Below, piece after piece: positions 47,998 through 58,205 of a DNA stretch of 64,000 nt (its first letter is position 1; every line of letters begins with the position of its first letter). This DNA is from Mycobacteriales bacterium. Lineage in GTDB: Bacteria > Actinomycetota > Actinomycetes > Mycobacteriales > QHCE01. The stretch covers positions 3,341 through 67,340 of the forward strand of contig JBBSOC010000004.1 of NCBI GenBank assembly GCA_038260095.1. Direction: 5' to 3'. The position numbers were made by a program, and so were the translations under genes. The notes under the pieces are model-generated. The model was not told the origin of the DNA, did no database searches, and saw only the letters and a list, made by a program, of their open reading frames with translations.

Positions 47998-49776
47998 CTA
48001 CAGGCCGCGCCGAAGAGCGAACTTACGGGTGAAAGTCTGGACGAACTGTGAAACTTCTTGAACCCGCAGGAAGACCGAAGCGGCTACAAAAGAGATAATC
48101 AAAGCGCTGCCGCCGATTGCTAACGCCATTACTCCCCCCATCTTGCCTCCGCCGATCAGCTCTGTAGAGCTAAACGCCAGCGCCCATCCGATGAGCCCAG
48201 CAATCGCCGATGCAAGCAATAGGCGAGTTAGCGTTTGAAATATCCGACCAAAGTGCAAACTACCCAATCTGCGTTGCATAGCCAGTGTAAGTAGGACCGC
48301 GGCAACCGCATACGAGACAGCATTACTAACCATCAAACCTATGACGACATAGTGTGCCGGTAAGCTCAAAAAGAGCACGATGTCCACGAAGAGGCGTATA
48401 GCGACAACAGGGATGTTGATCAGCGCGGGAGTTTTCGTGTCCCGCATTGCGTAAAAGGCGAATGTCTGTAGCTGACTGATCGCAAAAGGCACTAAGCCAA
48501 GCGCTACGGCCACTATGGCCAACCCCGTGCTTTGAGCGCTGCTAGCGTTGAAATTTCCCCATTGGAAAGCAGCTATTGCCAATGGAACTCCGAGGGCAAT
48601 GTAGGCCGCCGTCGCTGGCATTAAGATCACCGAAGACAGCCGGATTCCGAACGAGAGCTGGTGGGCGACGTCTGCGGCCTTGTTTTCGGCTGCTGCGGTA
48701 CTCATCCGCGGTAGAAGTGCGGTGATGATGGAGACCGCAATGATCCCGTGCGCCATCATGAACAGCAGGCTCGCTGCGTCGTAGACTACAGGGCCGGGGC
48801 CGCCTGCTTCGCCGGCTCGGTAGGCCAGCGCCATCACAGTAAAGACGCCAATCTGACTCACACCTACGTAGCACAACATCCAACCGGCAAGCTTGCCTGC
48901 TTCGGCGAAGCTACTGTTGCCGAAATCGAACCGCCAGCGCCAACGAAAACCAACTCGGCGAAGCGCCGGCCACAGAGCGGCGGCCTGAAGCGCCACACCA
49001 AAGGTGGTACCCAGCCCTAAGACGAGCAGCTGGTCAGTGGTGATAGTGGAAGGCTTTGGTAGCGCTGGACCAGGCAGCGCCACGAAGATCCCCGCCGTGA
49101 CGATGATGGTGAGGTTGTTAAGGATGGGTGCCCACGTGGGTGCGGCGAAGTGCCCGCGAGTGTTGAGTACGGCCCCGAATAGTGCGGCAACGCCATAGAA
49201 AAACAACTCGGGTATCAGCAAATACGCCAGTAATGTAACCAGATGCCGAGAGTCGGTCTTTGTGGCAAGTAGGCTGGTGATCAGCGGCGCTGCCAGCACA
49301 GCGATGATCGTTGCAGCGCCTAGCAGTAGCACCGCCAATGTGAGTAACCGCTGGACGTAAGCCTCGCCGCCGTCGGCATCGCCCCGCGCACCTACTAACA
49401 GTGGCACTACCACTGAGGCGAGTACTCCACCAATGAGTAGTTCATACACCATGTTGGGCAGCGTGTTTGCCACTTGATAGCTGTTGCCTACGGCAGCCGC
49501 GCCGAGTACCGCACCCAAAACCGCCGTACGGGCGAACCCCGTAACTCGAGAGACCAGGCTTCCTAGCGCCATCACACTGCTGTGACGGGCTACGCCCGAT
49601 GTCCATGAGAGTACCGGCGGAGCCTGAGTCGCGGCAGAAGCTAGCTCTTCAGTGCTATGAACATCGGCCTGTTGCGCAGGCACTTCCAATATCTCGTCAT
49701 CACCTACAGCCAGACAAGGCCGCGTATCGCTATCACTAGCGACTGTCTCTAGCTTCGCGTGGTCTACCGGTGTCAT
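47998..49776 (-). CDS. murJ: lipid II flippase MurJ/MviN
   Basis: ~590-aa polytopic MOP-family protein (SLVSRVTGFARTAVLGAVLG). I prefer ATG 49776, which forms an ATGA overlap with the upstream Nudix stop; the track start is 49791. Confidence 0.9.
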   Translation of the reverse strand: MTPVDHAKLETVASDSDTRPCLAVGDDEILEVPAQQADVHSTEELASAATQAPPVLSWTSGVARHSSVMALGSLVSRVTGFARTAVLGAVLGAAAVGNSYQVANTLPNMVYELLIGGVLASVVVPLLVGARGDADGGEAYVQRLLTLAVLLLGAATIIAVLAAPLITSLLATKTDSRHLVTLLAYLLIPELFFYGVAALFGAVLNTRGHFAAPTWAPILNNLTIIVTAGIFVALPGPALPKPSTITTDQLLVLGLGTTFGVALQAAALWPALRRVGFRWRWRFDFGNSSFAEAGKLAGWMLCYVGVSQIGVFTVMALAYRAGEAGGPGPVVYDAASLLFMMAHGIIAVSIITALLPRMSTAAAENKAADVAHQLSFGIRLSSVILMPATAAYIALGVPLAIAAFQWGNFNASSAQSTGLAIVAVALGLVPFAISQLQTFAFYAMRDTKTPALINIPVVAIRLFVDIVLFLSLPAHYVVIGLMVSNAVSYAVAAVLLTLAMQRRLGSLHFGRIFQTLTRLLLASAIAGLIGWALAFSSTELIGGGKMGGVMALAIGGSALIISFVAASVFLRVQEVSQFVQTFTRKFALRRGL

Positions 49777-50255
49777 TCGCGTTGCTCCCATAGCGTCGCA
49801 ACATCGCCCATCAGCGACCGTTCATCGGCGTGACTAAGACGACGCGGGACCTCGCTTAGCGGTACCCATGCCACTTCGGTGACCTCCATGTCGGCGTCAG
49901 AGAGCGCGCCGCCTACGGCGCGGAGGAGGAAATGATGCACTGTTTTGTGAATCCGCTTACCGCCCGATATGAACCAGTACTGCACACTTCCCAGCGGGGC
50001 AACGATCTCACCGATGATTCCAGTTTCTTCCTGAACTTCGCGGACGGCGGTACGCTCGAGTGTCTCGCCAGGCTCGACCTTACCCTTCGGTAGCGCCCAG
50101 ATCAGTGTGCCGCGTCGGCTGAGCTTGCCAATTAACGCACCGGCAGGAGGGGCGTTGTCGGCATTGAGTACCAGGCCGCCGGCGGATACTTCATCGACAC
50201 GGCTCAAGCCCCGACGGGACGGTCGGCGGCGGGCATGTCGGGTCACCGTCGCCAC
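49773..50255 (-). CDS. Nudix hydrolase (MutT4-like position)
   Basis: 160 aa with Nudix box GKVEPGETLERTAVREVQEETGI. Divergent from cca and upstream of murJ, as in mycobacteria. Confidence 0.88.
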   Translation of the reverse strand: MATVTRHARRRPSRRGLSRVDEVSAGGLVLNADNAPPAGALIGKLSRRGTLIWALPKGKVEPGETLERTAVREVQEETGIIGEIVAPLGSVQYWFISGGKRIHKTVHHFLLRAVGGALSDADMEVTEVAWVPLSEVPRRLSHADERSLMGDVATLWEQRE

Positions 50256-50299
50256 CCTACCCTGGTGTGGATCGACTGAGCGGATAACCGCGCACTGGC

Positions 50300-51796
50300 G
50301 TGAGCGATAAGGATGTAAAGATTAACTTCGTGACTGCTACACGAGCTAGAAAATTTGCTGCGCTTTCGGCCGAGCAACAAAATCGCCTGGCTAGGATGGC
50401 GGAGCTTTACCCCTCGACGCGTGAGCTTGGCCGTCGGTTTTCCCAGGCGGGCCGCGAGCTTCACTTCGTAGGTGGTTCGGTTCGTGATGCGTTGATGGAC
50501 CGTGCGGGTAACGACATTGACCTGTGCACTGACGCGCGCCCAGAACAGATTCTTGCGTTACTACAGGACTGGGCTGAGACGACATGGACCACGGGGATCG
50601 AATTTGGCACTGTGGGTGCGGCTCGGCGTGGTGCACGGGTAGAAATCACCACATTTCGCGCAGACAGCTATGACCGAATCAGCCGGAATCCTCATGTGCG
50701 CTATGGCAACTCGCTAGTTGATGATCTACTGCGACGAGACTTCACTGTAAACGCGATGGCGGTTTCGGTCTCTGATTGCACGTTCACCGATCCTTTTGGC
50801 GGCCTGGAAGACCTTGCCGCGCAGCAAATTCGCACCCCGGCTGCGGCAACTGATTCGTTCTCCGATGATCCATTGCGAATGCTTCGGGCAGCACGGTTCG
50901 CCGCGCAGCTGGAGTTCTCGCTCACCGAAGACGTCATCGCTGCGATGAGCTCTATGGCCGAGCAGATCACACGGATTGCAGCCGAGCGTATTCGCGATGA
51001 GCTCAGCAAACTACTGTGTGGTAGCGACCCAGTCGCCGGCATCCGACTTTTAGTGCACACCGGGCTAGCTGAACAGATGCTTCCCGAGCTACCAGCAATG
51101 CGACTGGCAATCGATGAGCACCATCAACACAAAGATGTTTACGAGCATTCAATAACCGTATTGTCGCAGGCAATCGAGTTGGAGGATCCAGCCAGTGTGG
51201 AGGGTTCACCGGACTTAGTGCTACGACTAGCGGCTTTATTGCATGACATCGGCAAGCCCGCCACGCGCCGACACGAGCCGGGTGGCAGCGTGAGTTTCCA
51301 TCACCATGAGGTGGTTGGCGCAAAGCTAGTTCGAAAACGATTGCGGGAACTGCGTTACCCCAAAGATGTAGTTGAAGCTGTCAGCGGTTTGGTCTTCTTG
51401 CATTTGCGGTTTCACGGTTACGGCCGCGGCGAGTGGACAGATTCCGCCGTACGCCGCTACGTGACTGACGCTGGGGCGCTACTGCCTCGGCTACACCGCC
51501 TGGTTCGCTCAGATTGCACTACCCGAAACCGCCGCCGGGCCGCCATACTTGCTGCCACATATGATTCGCTGGAGGAGCGCATCGCAGCGCTACAATCCCA
51601 AGAAGATCTCGCTAAAATTCGCCCCGACCTCGACGGCAATGACATTATGCGGCTTTTAGGCCTCCCGCCAGGCCCACAAGTGGGTAAGGCATGGCGGTAC
51701 CTTAAAGAACTACGACTCATTAACGGTCCGTTAACCCACGAAGAGGCGGAAGCTCAACTGCGGAGCTGGGCTGCCAAGCAGGACGCTGAGAGCTAG
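50300..51796 (+). CDS. cca: CCA tRNA nucleotidyltransferase / poly(A) polymerase family protein with HD domain
   Basis: 498 aa with FVGGSVRDALMDRAGNDIDL, a RxxRF motif (LRAARFAAQL) and HD motif LHDIGKP. Confidence 0.9.
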   Translation: MSDKDVKINFVTATRARKFAALSAEQQNRLARMAELYPSTRELGRRFSQAGRELHFVGGSVRDALMDRAGNDIDLCTDARPEQILALLQDWAETTWTTGIEFGTVGAARRGARVEITTFRADSYDRISRNPHVRYGNSLVDDLLRRDFTVNAMAVSVSDCTFTDPFGGLEDLAAQQIRTPAAATDSFSDDPLRMLRAARFAAQLEFSLTEDVIAAMSSMAEQITRIAAERIRDELSKLLCGSDPVAGIRLLVHTGLAEQMLPELPAMRLAIDEHHQHKDVYEHSITVLSQAIELEDPASVEGSPDLVLRLAALLHDIGKPATRRHEPGGSVSFHHHEVVGAKLVRKRLRELRYPKDVVEAVSGLVFLHLRFHGYGRGEWTDSAVRRYVTDAGALLPRLHRLVRSDCTTRNRRRAAILAATYDSLEERIAALQSQEDLAKIRPDLDGNDIMRLLGLPPGPQVGKAWRYLKELRLINGPLTHEEAEAQLRSWAAKQDAES

Positions 51797-51979
51797 TGTC
51801 GTGTAATCGATATCGTCGTTCGTCTGCTGGCGCTCAGGCGGCGCCTCGCGGCGTTGTAGAAATTTTCAGGTAGACACTTGCTAGCTGAAATTCCCCCGCT
51901 ACCTGGAAATTCTCCGCCTTGCGATCCATCCACCTGAACACCCAGCACCCTAAACGGAACACCGATTACACAACACTAG
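51795..51979. repeat. 185-bp MITE-like palindromic repeat, copy B
   Basis: Same orientation as copy A with ~11 mismatches. It starts inside the cca stop codon (agcTAGtgtcg) and ends 17 nt before the first ATG of the next ORF. Confidence 0.8.
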
Positions 51980-51995
51980 CCAGAATCTTCCCTAT

Positions 51996-52550
51996 ATGTC
52001 AGCATGTTCTTCCATGCTCGAACGTCGCCTTCCAGTCATGAGCAGTACCCGTACCACGATGGCGGCTGGTCTAGCTATCGTCCGCGACGACCAGCTACTC
52101 ATGGTGCGGCAAGCACGAGCCAGCGGAATGCGGTGGGAGCTCCCTTCGGGATGTCAAGAGCTCGGTGAGACGTTAGAGGAAACCGCCGCTCGGGAAGCGG
52201 CCGAAGAGACTGGTCTCAAAGCCTCGGTAGGTCCGCTGATCGCGACGTTTACGTCCTATCGGCCTCAGCGGCAAGCGGTCGTGCTTGGCGCTATCTACCG
52301 CGGCGAGCTGGATGACGTTAACAGCCAACCCGTACCACAGCTTTCCGATGGAATAGTCGCAGCGACCTTTGTTGACCCTTATGCGTTGCCGCCCGAAGAG
52401 CTGGGAGCTCTCACCATCGCAGTGCTGCGGCGGTGGTGGCCGGAGCGAGATCGCGAGCTCTGCGCATGGCATATCGAGCTCTGCCGCGACGCACGCGGAT
52501 ATCGCGGAGTCGACAGTGCTACCACCGAGCTTCGTCCTATAGTTCTTTAG
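51996..52550 (+). CDS. Nudix hydrolase
   Basis: 184 aa with a canonical Nudix box, GCQELGETLEETAAREAAEETGL. The start could also be ATG 52039. Confidence 0.85.
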   Translation: MSACSSMLERRLPVMSSTRTTMAAGLAIVRDDQLLMVRQARASGMRWELPSGCQELGETLEETAAREAAEETGLKASVGPLIATFTSYRPQRQAVVLGAIYRGELDDVNSQPVPQLSDGIVAATFVDPYALPPEELGALTIAVLRRWWPERDRELCAWHIELCRDARGYRGVDSATTELRPIVL

Positions 52551-52577
52551 AGGTCTGAGTTAGAGCTGGGGATGCTC

Positions 52578-53657
52578 CTAGCGTTCAACCTCGCCGCGGA
52601 TGAACCGCTCTACCTGGTCTCGAGCTGTTGAGTCGTCGTACTGCTCTGGTGGAGACTTCATGAAGTAGCTCGATGCGGACAGGATTGGTCCACCGACACC
52701 GCGGTCCTTAGCGATCTTCGCGGCACGTACGGCATCGATAATGACACCTGCAGAGTTGGGTGAATCCCAAACTTCGAGTTTGTACTCCAAGTTCAGCGGA
52801 GTGTCGCCGAAAGATTTACCTTCGAGCCGAACATAAGCCCATTTACGATCATCAAGCCACGGCACATGGTCGGATGGACCAATGTGTACGTCTGCCTTTG
52901 CCATTTCGTGTGGCACCTGAGAGGTGACCGACTGCGTCTTAGAGATCTTCTTGGATTGCAGACGCTTGCGTTCCAGCATGTTCATGAAGTCCATGTTGCC
53001 GCCGAAATTGAGCTGGTAGGTGCGCAGCAGCTCAACTCCGCGGTCTTCGAACAGCTTGGCCATCACGCGGTGAGTGATCGTGGCACCGACCTGAGATTTA
53101 ATGTCGTCGCCGATGATCGGTACTCCGGCTTCAGTGAATTTCTGCGCCCACTCCGGGGTACTGGCAATGAAAACCGGAAGTGCGTTGACGAACGCCACTT
53201 GCGCGTCGATAGCGCACTGCGCGTAGAAACGGTCGGCTTGCTCAGAGCCCACCGGCAGGTAGGAGATCAACACGTCGGCCTGGCTTTCACGGAGGGCGGC
53301 AACGACGTCAGTAGGCGCATCGTCAGATTCTGTGATGATCTCGCGGTAATACTCCCCTAGGCCGTCGAAAGTGTGCCCCCGCGCGACGGTGATTCCAGTG
53401 GGTGGCACATCACAGATCTTGATGGTGTTGTTCTCGCTGGCGCCGATGGCCTCGGAAAGGTCTCGGCCGACTTTCTTGGCGTCCACGTCGAATGCGGCGA
53501 CAAATTCAATGTCAGAGACGTGGTAGTCACCGAATTTGACGTGCATGAGTCCGGGAACGCGTGTGGTCACATCTGCGTTCCGGTAGTAATGAACGCCTTG
53601 TACCAACGACGCGGCGCAGTTACCCACGCCAACTATGGCTACACGTACCGAACTCAT
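52578..53657 (-). CDS. ino1: myo-inositol-1-phosphate synthase
   Basis: 359 aa with N-terminus [25 protein letters not shown], characteristic of actinobacterial Ino1. A PadR gene lies upstream, as in mycobacteria. Confidence 0.92.
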   Translation of the reverse strand: MSSVRVAIVGVGNCAASLVQGVHYYRNADVTTRVPGLMHVKFGDYHVSDIEFVAAFDVDAKKVGRDLSEAIGASENNTIKICDVPPTGITVARGHTFDGLGEYYREIITESDDAPTDVVAALRESQADVLISYLPVGSEQADRFYAQCAIDAQVAFVNALPVFIASTPEWAQKFTEAGVPIIGDDIKSQVGATITHRVMAKLFEDRGVELLRTYQLNFGGNMDFMNMLERKRLQSKKISKTQSVTSQVPHEMAKADVHIGPSDHVPWLDDRKWAYVRLEGKSFGDTPLNLEYKLEVWDSPNSAGVIIDAVRAAKIAKDRGVGGPILSASSYFMKSPPEQYDDSTARDQVERFIRGEVER

Positions 53658-53705
53658 CGGTCCTCCTTGTTGTCATTCGCGCGGTATTCCCAACGCGGTA
53701 GGTTT

Positions 53706-54272
53706 TCACTCGCGGTCGCGAATTGTGTTCAGATCTAGGGATTGCTCGTTGGCAATCAGCTCGTTAAGCCACCGAACCTCGCGGTCGGCCGCTTCCAAGC
53801 CGTGGCGTTGTAGTTCGAGGGTGTAGCTGTCTAGTCGTTGACCAGCGCGGTGCAGAGTTTCCCGTAGCCCTTCCCGTTTCTCCTCTACCCGCCGCCGCCG
53901 TCCTTCTAAAATGCGTAGCCGTACTAGTGGATCAGTCCGACCAAAAAAAGCGAAATGCACCCCGAAAGCTTCATCGTCGTAGCAGTCAGGCCCTGTTTTG
54001 GTGATCAATGTGGAGAAGTGTTCCTTACCCTCGGCGGTGATGCGGTACACCACTTTGCCGCGCCGAGAGGTCAAAGGCGGCGCTGTCTGCGCCGGGTCTG
54101 GCTCCTCTTCGGCGATCCATCCCAACTCACGCATACGCCGCAATATTGGGTACAGCGAACCATAGGAAAATGCTGCGCGAATCGCTCCAAGTTTGGTGCT
54201 GAGCTCTTTACGAACTTCGTAGCCGTGCAGGGGACCATCATGCAGAATGCCTAGGACCGCCAACTCAAGCAT
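53706..54272 (-). CDS. PadR-family transcriptional regulator
   Basis: Winged-helix N-terminus MLELAVLGILHDGPLHGYEVRKELS..FSYGSLYPILRRM. I start it at ATG 54272; the upstream part of the track ORF looks non-coding. Confidence 0.88.
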   Translation of the reverse strand: MLELAVLGILHDGPLHGYEVRKELSTKLGAIRAAFSYGSLYPILRRMRELGWIAEEEPDPAQTAPPLTSRRGKVVYRITAEGKEHFSTLITKTGPDCYDDEAFGVHFAFFGRTDPLVRLRILEGRRRRVEEKREGLRETLHRAGQRLDSYTLELQRHGLEAADREVRWLNELIANEQSLDLNTIRDRE

Positions 54273-54307
54273 GGCTGCCTCGATTCTGCGGCTAAATGGA
54301 CTGCACG

Positions 54308-54332
54308 TCGATGTATCGAGCCGATACATCGA
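54308..54332. promoter_or_regulatory. perfect inverted repeat, candidate PadR operator
   Basis: TCGATGTATCG-agc-CGATACATCGA has 11-bp arms. It sits 36 nt upstream of the padR start in the divergent promoter region and contains the ATGT...ACAT half-sites typical of PadR operators. Confidence 0.55.
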
Positions 54333-54514
54333 GTTACATTTTGGACTGTACACCACAATCACGTAGGCTGGTATCTGTGTCGAGCAATGACAAGCACACC
54401 GGCACCGATCGCACTCGGCCGGTTTCCTACACGAGACGTGCCGGGCTACGTCTGGTGCCCAATGACGATCGCTCAAGCGGTCAGGCGATCTGCTTGCAGC
54501 AGACGCCGGCCGAT

Positions 54515-54943
54515 GTGACGACTAAGGTCACATTCCGATCCGAACCGCTGATTGACTACCGGTTGCAACGACGCGCCACGTTACGCGACCTACGGTGTGG
54601 CGCGATAAGCCTGCACGAGGTATGCGACGCCTCGCCGTATCTACTTCGCGCTGCCGGCTTCTTCGGCGAGCAGACTCAAACGGCCTGCCCGGTATGCCGT
54701 AAGGGGCCACTGTGGCAAGTGTGCTTTGTCTATGGTGACGCAGTAGGACCCTCGGCGGGGCAGGCTTGTAGCGTCTCAGCTCTGGCGGCGCTGGCTCGTC
54801 GAGTGGGTGAATGTGAGATCTACCGTGTTGAGGTGTGTCAAGGTTGTACTTGGAATCATCTCCTGGAGAAGTTCCTGCTCATGCCAGTCGCTGATCTAGC
54901 GCTGCAACCCAACACAGTTGAGGCGAGCGCCCGCTGTGGCTAG
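54515..54943 (+). CDS. DUF5318-type protein (Rv0049-like); start uncertain
   Basis: IDYRLQRRATLRDLRCGAISLHEVCDASPYLLRAA..CPVCRKGPL..VCQGCTWNHL. Conserved position between padR and ponA. GTG 54515 gives 142 aa. Confidence 0.78.
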   Translation: MTTKVTFRSEPLIDYRLQRRATLRDLRCGAISLHEVCDASPYLLRAAGFFGEQTQTACPVCRKGPLWQVCFVYGDAVGPSAGQACSVSALAALARRVGECEIYRVEVCQGCTWNHLLEKFLLMPVADLALQPNTVEASARCG

Positions 54944-54997
54944 TCAACAAGCTGGGGCGGCGTTGGCCAAGCTTCACCGCTCAGGCATGGTGGAGAT

Positions 54998-57364
54998 ATG
55001 AATTCGCCGTTCAATCGATCACAGGGTGGTGCCAGAGTTCCGGGCGCCCGGCTCCCGCGCCGGCGTTTACCGGCTTCCGGAGAAACTCCTGTTCGCAGTG
55101 GGCGTCAGCTTGATGACAGGGAAGCCGCGCGGGCTCGTGACGATTTTAACCGTGACCCTCGGCGCTCCGAGCGGCGTGGTGGTACGCCATCAAGCGCGCA
55201 GCGTTCAACCGGCCCAGCTCGCCATGGAAAGACTCAGCAGCGTGAAGGCGTCCCGCTAACAGCAGAAAAAGCGAATAAACTTAAAAAACGGCGTCGGCGC
55301 CGCAAGATCTACCTCATCACCAGCCTGACACTGCTCATGTTGGGGATGGCCACCATGGGCGCGGGTTACGCAGCGCTTCAGGTACCCTTGCCAGATTTGG
55401 CGGCCGCCAAGCAGGTTTCGGTGATCTATTATTCCGACGGCAAGACCGAGCTGGCTCGGCTTGGTGTGGAAAACCGAGAGGAAGTCAAGCTTCGAGACAT
55501 TCCTAAATACGTACAACACGCGGTCATTGCTGCCGAGGATCGCAGCTACTACGAAAACGATGGCGTCTCTATTAGTGGCACGCTTCGCGCCTTTTGGAAC
55601 AACGTGCGAGGTAAGGAAACTCAAGGTGGTTCCACTATCACTCAACAGTACGTAAAGAATGCTTTTCTTACCCAAGAACGGACGTTCACCAGGAAAACTA
55701 AAGAAATCATCTTGGCGCGGAAAATGGACCAAGAGTATAGCAAAGATCAGATATTAGAGTACTACCTCAACACCATCTTCTGGGGGCGTGGCGCATACGG
55801 AATTCAAGCCGCGGCAAAAGCGTACTTCGGAGTTACCGTGGACAAGCTGACTATTGAGCAATCCGCTCTACTCGCCGGGGTCATCAAAAGCCCTAATACC
55901 TTAGACCCGGAGACGAACCCTGCCGATGCCCAACGGCGCTGGTCCTATGTCATTGCGGGCATGGCGGGTAAAGGCTGGATCGACAAAGCTAAGGCCGAGA
56001 CCGCGCAGATGCCGACCACAATCCCTAGATCTCAAGCCCAAACCAATTCTGGGCTTAAGGGCGCTACCGGGACAATCATGACTCGGGTCCAAGCTGAGCT
56101 TGCGAAAGCAGGGATCTCCGAGCAACAACTCAACACCGGTGGGCTCCGTGTCACCACTAACATCGACGCAAAAATGCAAAAAGCCCTAGAGGGTGCAGTG
56201 AAAGAGAATATGGCGGGGCAACCAAAGAACCTTGCCACCGGCGTTGTCGCGGTGCAGCCTGGGACCGGGAAGATCAAGGCCTATTACGGCGGTGAAAACG
56301 GATTTGGGCAATTCGATGTATCCGGACCGGATGGGTCTCATCCGGCGGGCTCGTCCTTTAAGATCTATGTGCTCGCGCAAGCGTTGGAGCAAGGAATCAG
56401 TATTGATTCGGTATGGGATGGCAGTTCACCGCGGAGCTTCCCAGACCGAATCAAGCCGGTGAATAACTCTGAGGGAAATAACTCTTGCAAGCGGTGCACT
56501 TTAGATAAGGCAACCGTATTGTCGCTCAACACTGCCTATTATGCGCTTACTTCTAAAATTGGGGCAGCGAACGTGGCAAAGTTAGCCGGACGAGCCGGGA
56601 TTACGCACCTTGACGGTAAACCTATTGGTGAGATCGCCGACCAGGTCAATAACAACATTGGCATCGGGCAGTATGGCGTCAGTGTGATCGACCATGCGGC
56701 TGGTTTTGCGACGTTTGCCAATGGCGGGGTATACGCCAAACCCCGTTTTGTCGATAAAGTCTCACAAGGAGACAGCTCGCTATACCAGGCGGAGAACGAG
56801 ACCAAACGCGCCTTCAGCGCTGACGCTGCCGCCGACGCTGACACTGTGTTGCAGCATGTAGTGCAGCACGGGCAGCAGCTGGTGGGCGACCGACCGGCCG
56901 CGGCTAAGACCGGAACCCATCAGTATCTGGAAACTGGGCATAACTCTCACGCCTGGATGGGGGGCTTCACACCACAGTTGGCAGCCGCAGTGTGGGTTGG
57001 CAACGCCGGGGCCGATGGACCGATCATCGATAAGCGTGGGCGCGATATTTACGGTGCGGGAGTGCCGGGTTCTATCTGGAAGTCCTTCATGAACGCCGCG
57101 TTGGCGGGCACCAAAAAGGAAGAATTCCCTGCGGCTAAGCACATTGGTGACGCCTCTCTCGGCGACGCCCCGCCGGAACCAGCGCCGGCTCCGGCTCCAG
57201 CCCCCGCGCCCACTGAGCAGCCAAGTGTGGGCGCGCCAACGGATCTACCCATTCCCGAAAACTTCCAACCAGGTGAGCGTGGGCTGCTTGGTGTGCCGCG
57301 GCGTTCTGGGCAGTCGGATAATCCACGAAACACGCAATCGACTGCTCCACCGCAAGATGGGTAG
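54998..57364 (+). CDS. ponA: class A penicillin-binding protein (transglycosylase/transpeptidase) PonA
   Basis: 788 aa with GT51 motifs (AAEDRSYYENDG, GGSTITQQYVKN) and TP motifs (SSFK, KTGT). Basic disordered N-terminus and a Pro/Ala-rich C-tail. Confidence 0.94.
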   Translation: MNSPFNRSQGGARVPGARLPRRRLPASGETPVRSGRQLDDREAARARDDFNRDPRRSERRGGTPSSAQRSTGPARHGKTQQREGVPLTAEKANKLKKRRRRRKIYLITSLTLLMLGMATMGAGYAALQVPLPDLAAAKQVSVIYYSDGKTELARLGVENREEVKLRDIPKYVQHAVIAAEDRSYYENDGVSISGTLRAFWNNVRGKETQGGSTITQQYVKNAFLTQERTFTRKTKEIILARKMDQEYSKDQILEYYLNTIFWGRGAYGIQAAAKAYFGVTVDKLTIEQSALLAGVIKSPNTLDPETNPADAQRRWSYVIAGMAGKGWIDKAKAETAQMPTTIPRSQAQTNSGLKGATGTIMTRVQAELAKAGISEQQLNTGGLRVTTNIDAKMQKALEGAVKENMAGQPKNLATGVVAVQPGTGKIKAYYGGENGFGQFDVSGPDGSHPAGSSFKIYVLAQALEQGISIDSVWDGSSPRSFPDRIKPVNNSEGNNSCKRCTLDKATVLSLNTAYYALTSKIGAANVAKLAGRAGITHLDGKPIGEIADQVNNNIGIGQYGVSVIDHAAGFATFANGGVYAKPRFVDKVSQGDSSLYQAENETKRAFSADAAADADTVLQHVVQHGQQLVGDRPAAAKTGTHQYLETGHNSHAWMGGFTPQLAAAVWVGNAGADGPIIDKRGRDIYGAGVPGSIWKSFMNAALAGTKKEEFPAAKHIGDASLGDAPPEPAPAPAPAPAPTEQPSVGAPTDLPIPENFQPGERGLLGVPRRSGQSDNPRNTQSTAPPQDG

Positions 57365-57428
57365 CATTCTAATCGTACGTTTGTAGGTTTCGATGAAGTG
57401 TCGACGGCTCTCATGCGCGGTGCTTCTC

Positions 57429-58205
57429 CTAGGTGGAAAGCAATCGGCGCAGTAGCGCGATGTCGGCAGATTGAGCGGTGGCGCCTCCGGGTGTTTCCAC
57501 AATCACTGGTGCGTCTGCGGCTGCGACTACGGCGCGCAACAGATCTATTTCAATCTGGCCGTTTCCCAGATTGTCGTGTCGGTCTCTGCCTGAGTTGAAG
57601 CCATCCTTGGAGTCGTTGGCATGTACCAAGTCAATTTTCCCGGTGATGGCCTTCATTCTGTCGACGACAGTGAGTAGGTCTTCACCTCCGGCATGCGCAT
57701 GGCAGATGTCCAGACACACCCCTGGTTCATACTCGAAAACGGCGTCCCACAATTGGGCGAAACGGTCCAGATTACGAGCCATCGCGTTCTTTCCGCCGGC
57801 TGTGTTCTCGATCAAAATCCGAGTAGCGAAACCACCCTCACGCTCAGCGTAAGCAAATGTTTTGCGCCAATTTTCCACGCCCAGCTCGGGATCTTCGTCT
57901 ACTGGAAGATGTCCGCCATGCACGACTAGGCCGAGTGCTCCAACAGCTTTTGCCGCCTCGGCGTAGGCACCGAGTAGCCCTCGGGAGGGCACTCGAACCT
58001 TGTTATTCGTCGTGGCCACGTTAATCACATAGGGAGCGTGGATAACCACGGCTACGTCGCTATGAGCAAACTCGTTAGCGTCTGCGCGAGGTGCCGGTTT
58101 ACTCCAGCTTTGCGGATTACTCAGAAAAAACTGCACAATATCTGCGCCACGGGCTGTCGCTTCAGCTAGTGGTTCCGTAGAACTAACATGGGCACCTATA
58201 CGCAT
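57429..58205 (-). CDS. nfo: deoxyribonuclease IV (endonuclease IV, AP endonuclease family 2)
   Basis: 258 aa from ATG 58205: MRIGAHVS..IHAPYVINVAT..LVVHGG..ILIENTAG..LDICHAHA..VHANDSK. The N-terminal 227 aa of the track ORF looks like antisense shadow. Confidence 0.85.
   Translation of the reverse strand: MRIGAHVSSTEPLAEATARGADIVQFFLSNPQSWSKPAPRADANEFAHSDVAVVIHAPYVINVATTNNKVRVPSRGLLGAYAEAAKAVGALGLVVHGGHLPVDEDPELGVENWRKTFAYAEREGGFATRILIENTAGGKNAMARNLDRFAQLWDAVFEYEPGVCLDICHAHAGGEDLLTVVDRMKAITGKIDLVHANDSKDGFNSGRDRHDNLGNGQIEIDLLRAVVAAADAPVIVETPGGATAQSADIALLRRLLST

Noticed and set aside
54273-54514. N-terminal extensions of the padR (to 54476) and DUF5318 (from 54296) track ORFs
   Set aside because: The two extensions overlap each other on opposite strands, contain the operator palindrome, and lie outside the conserved domains. 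Internal starts give normal protein lengths.
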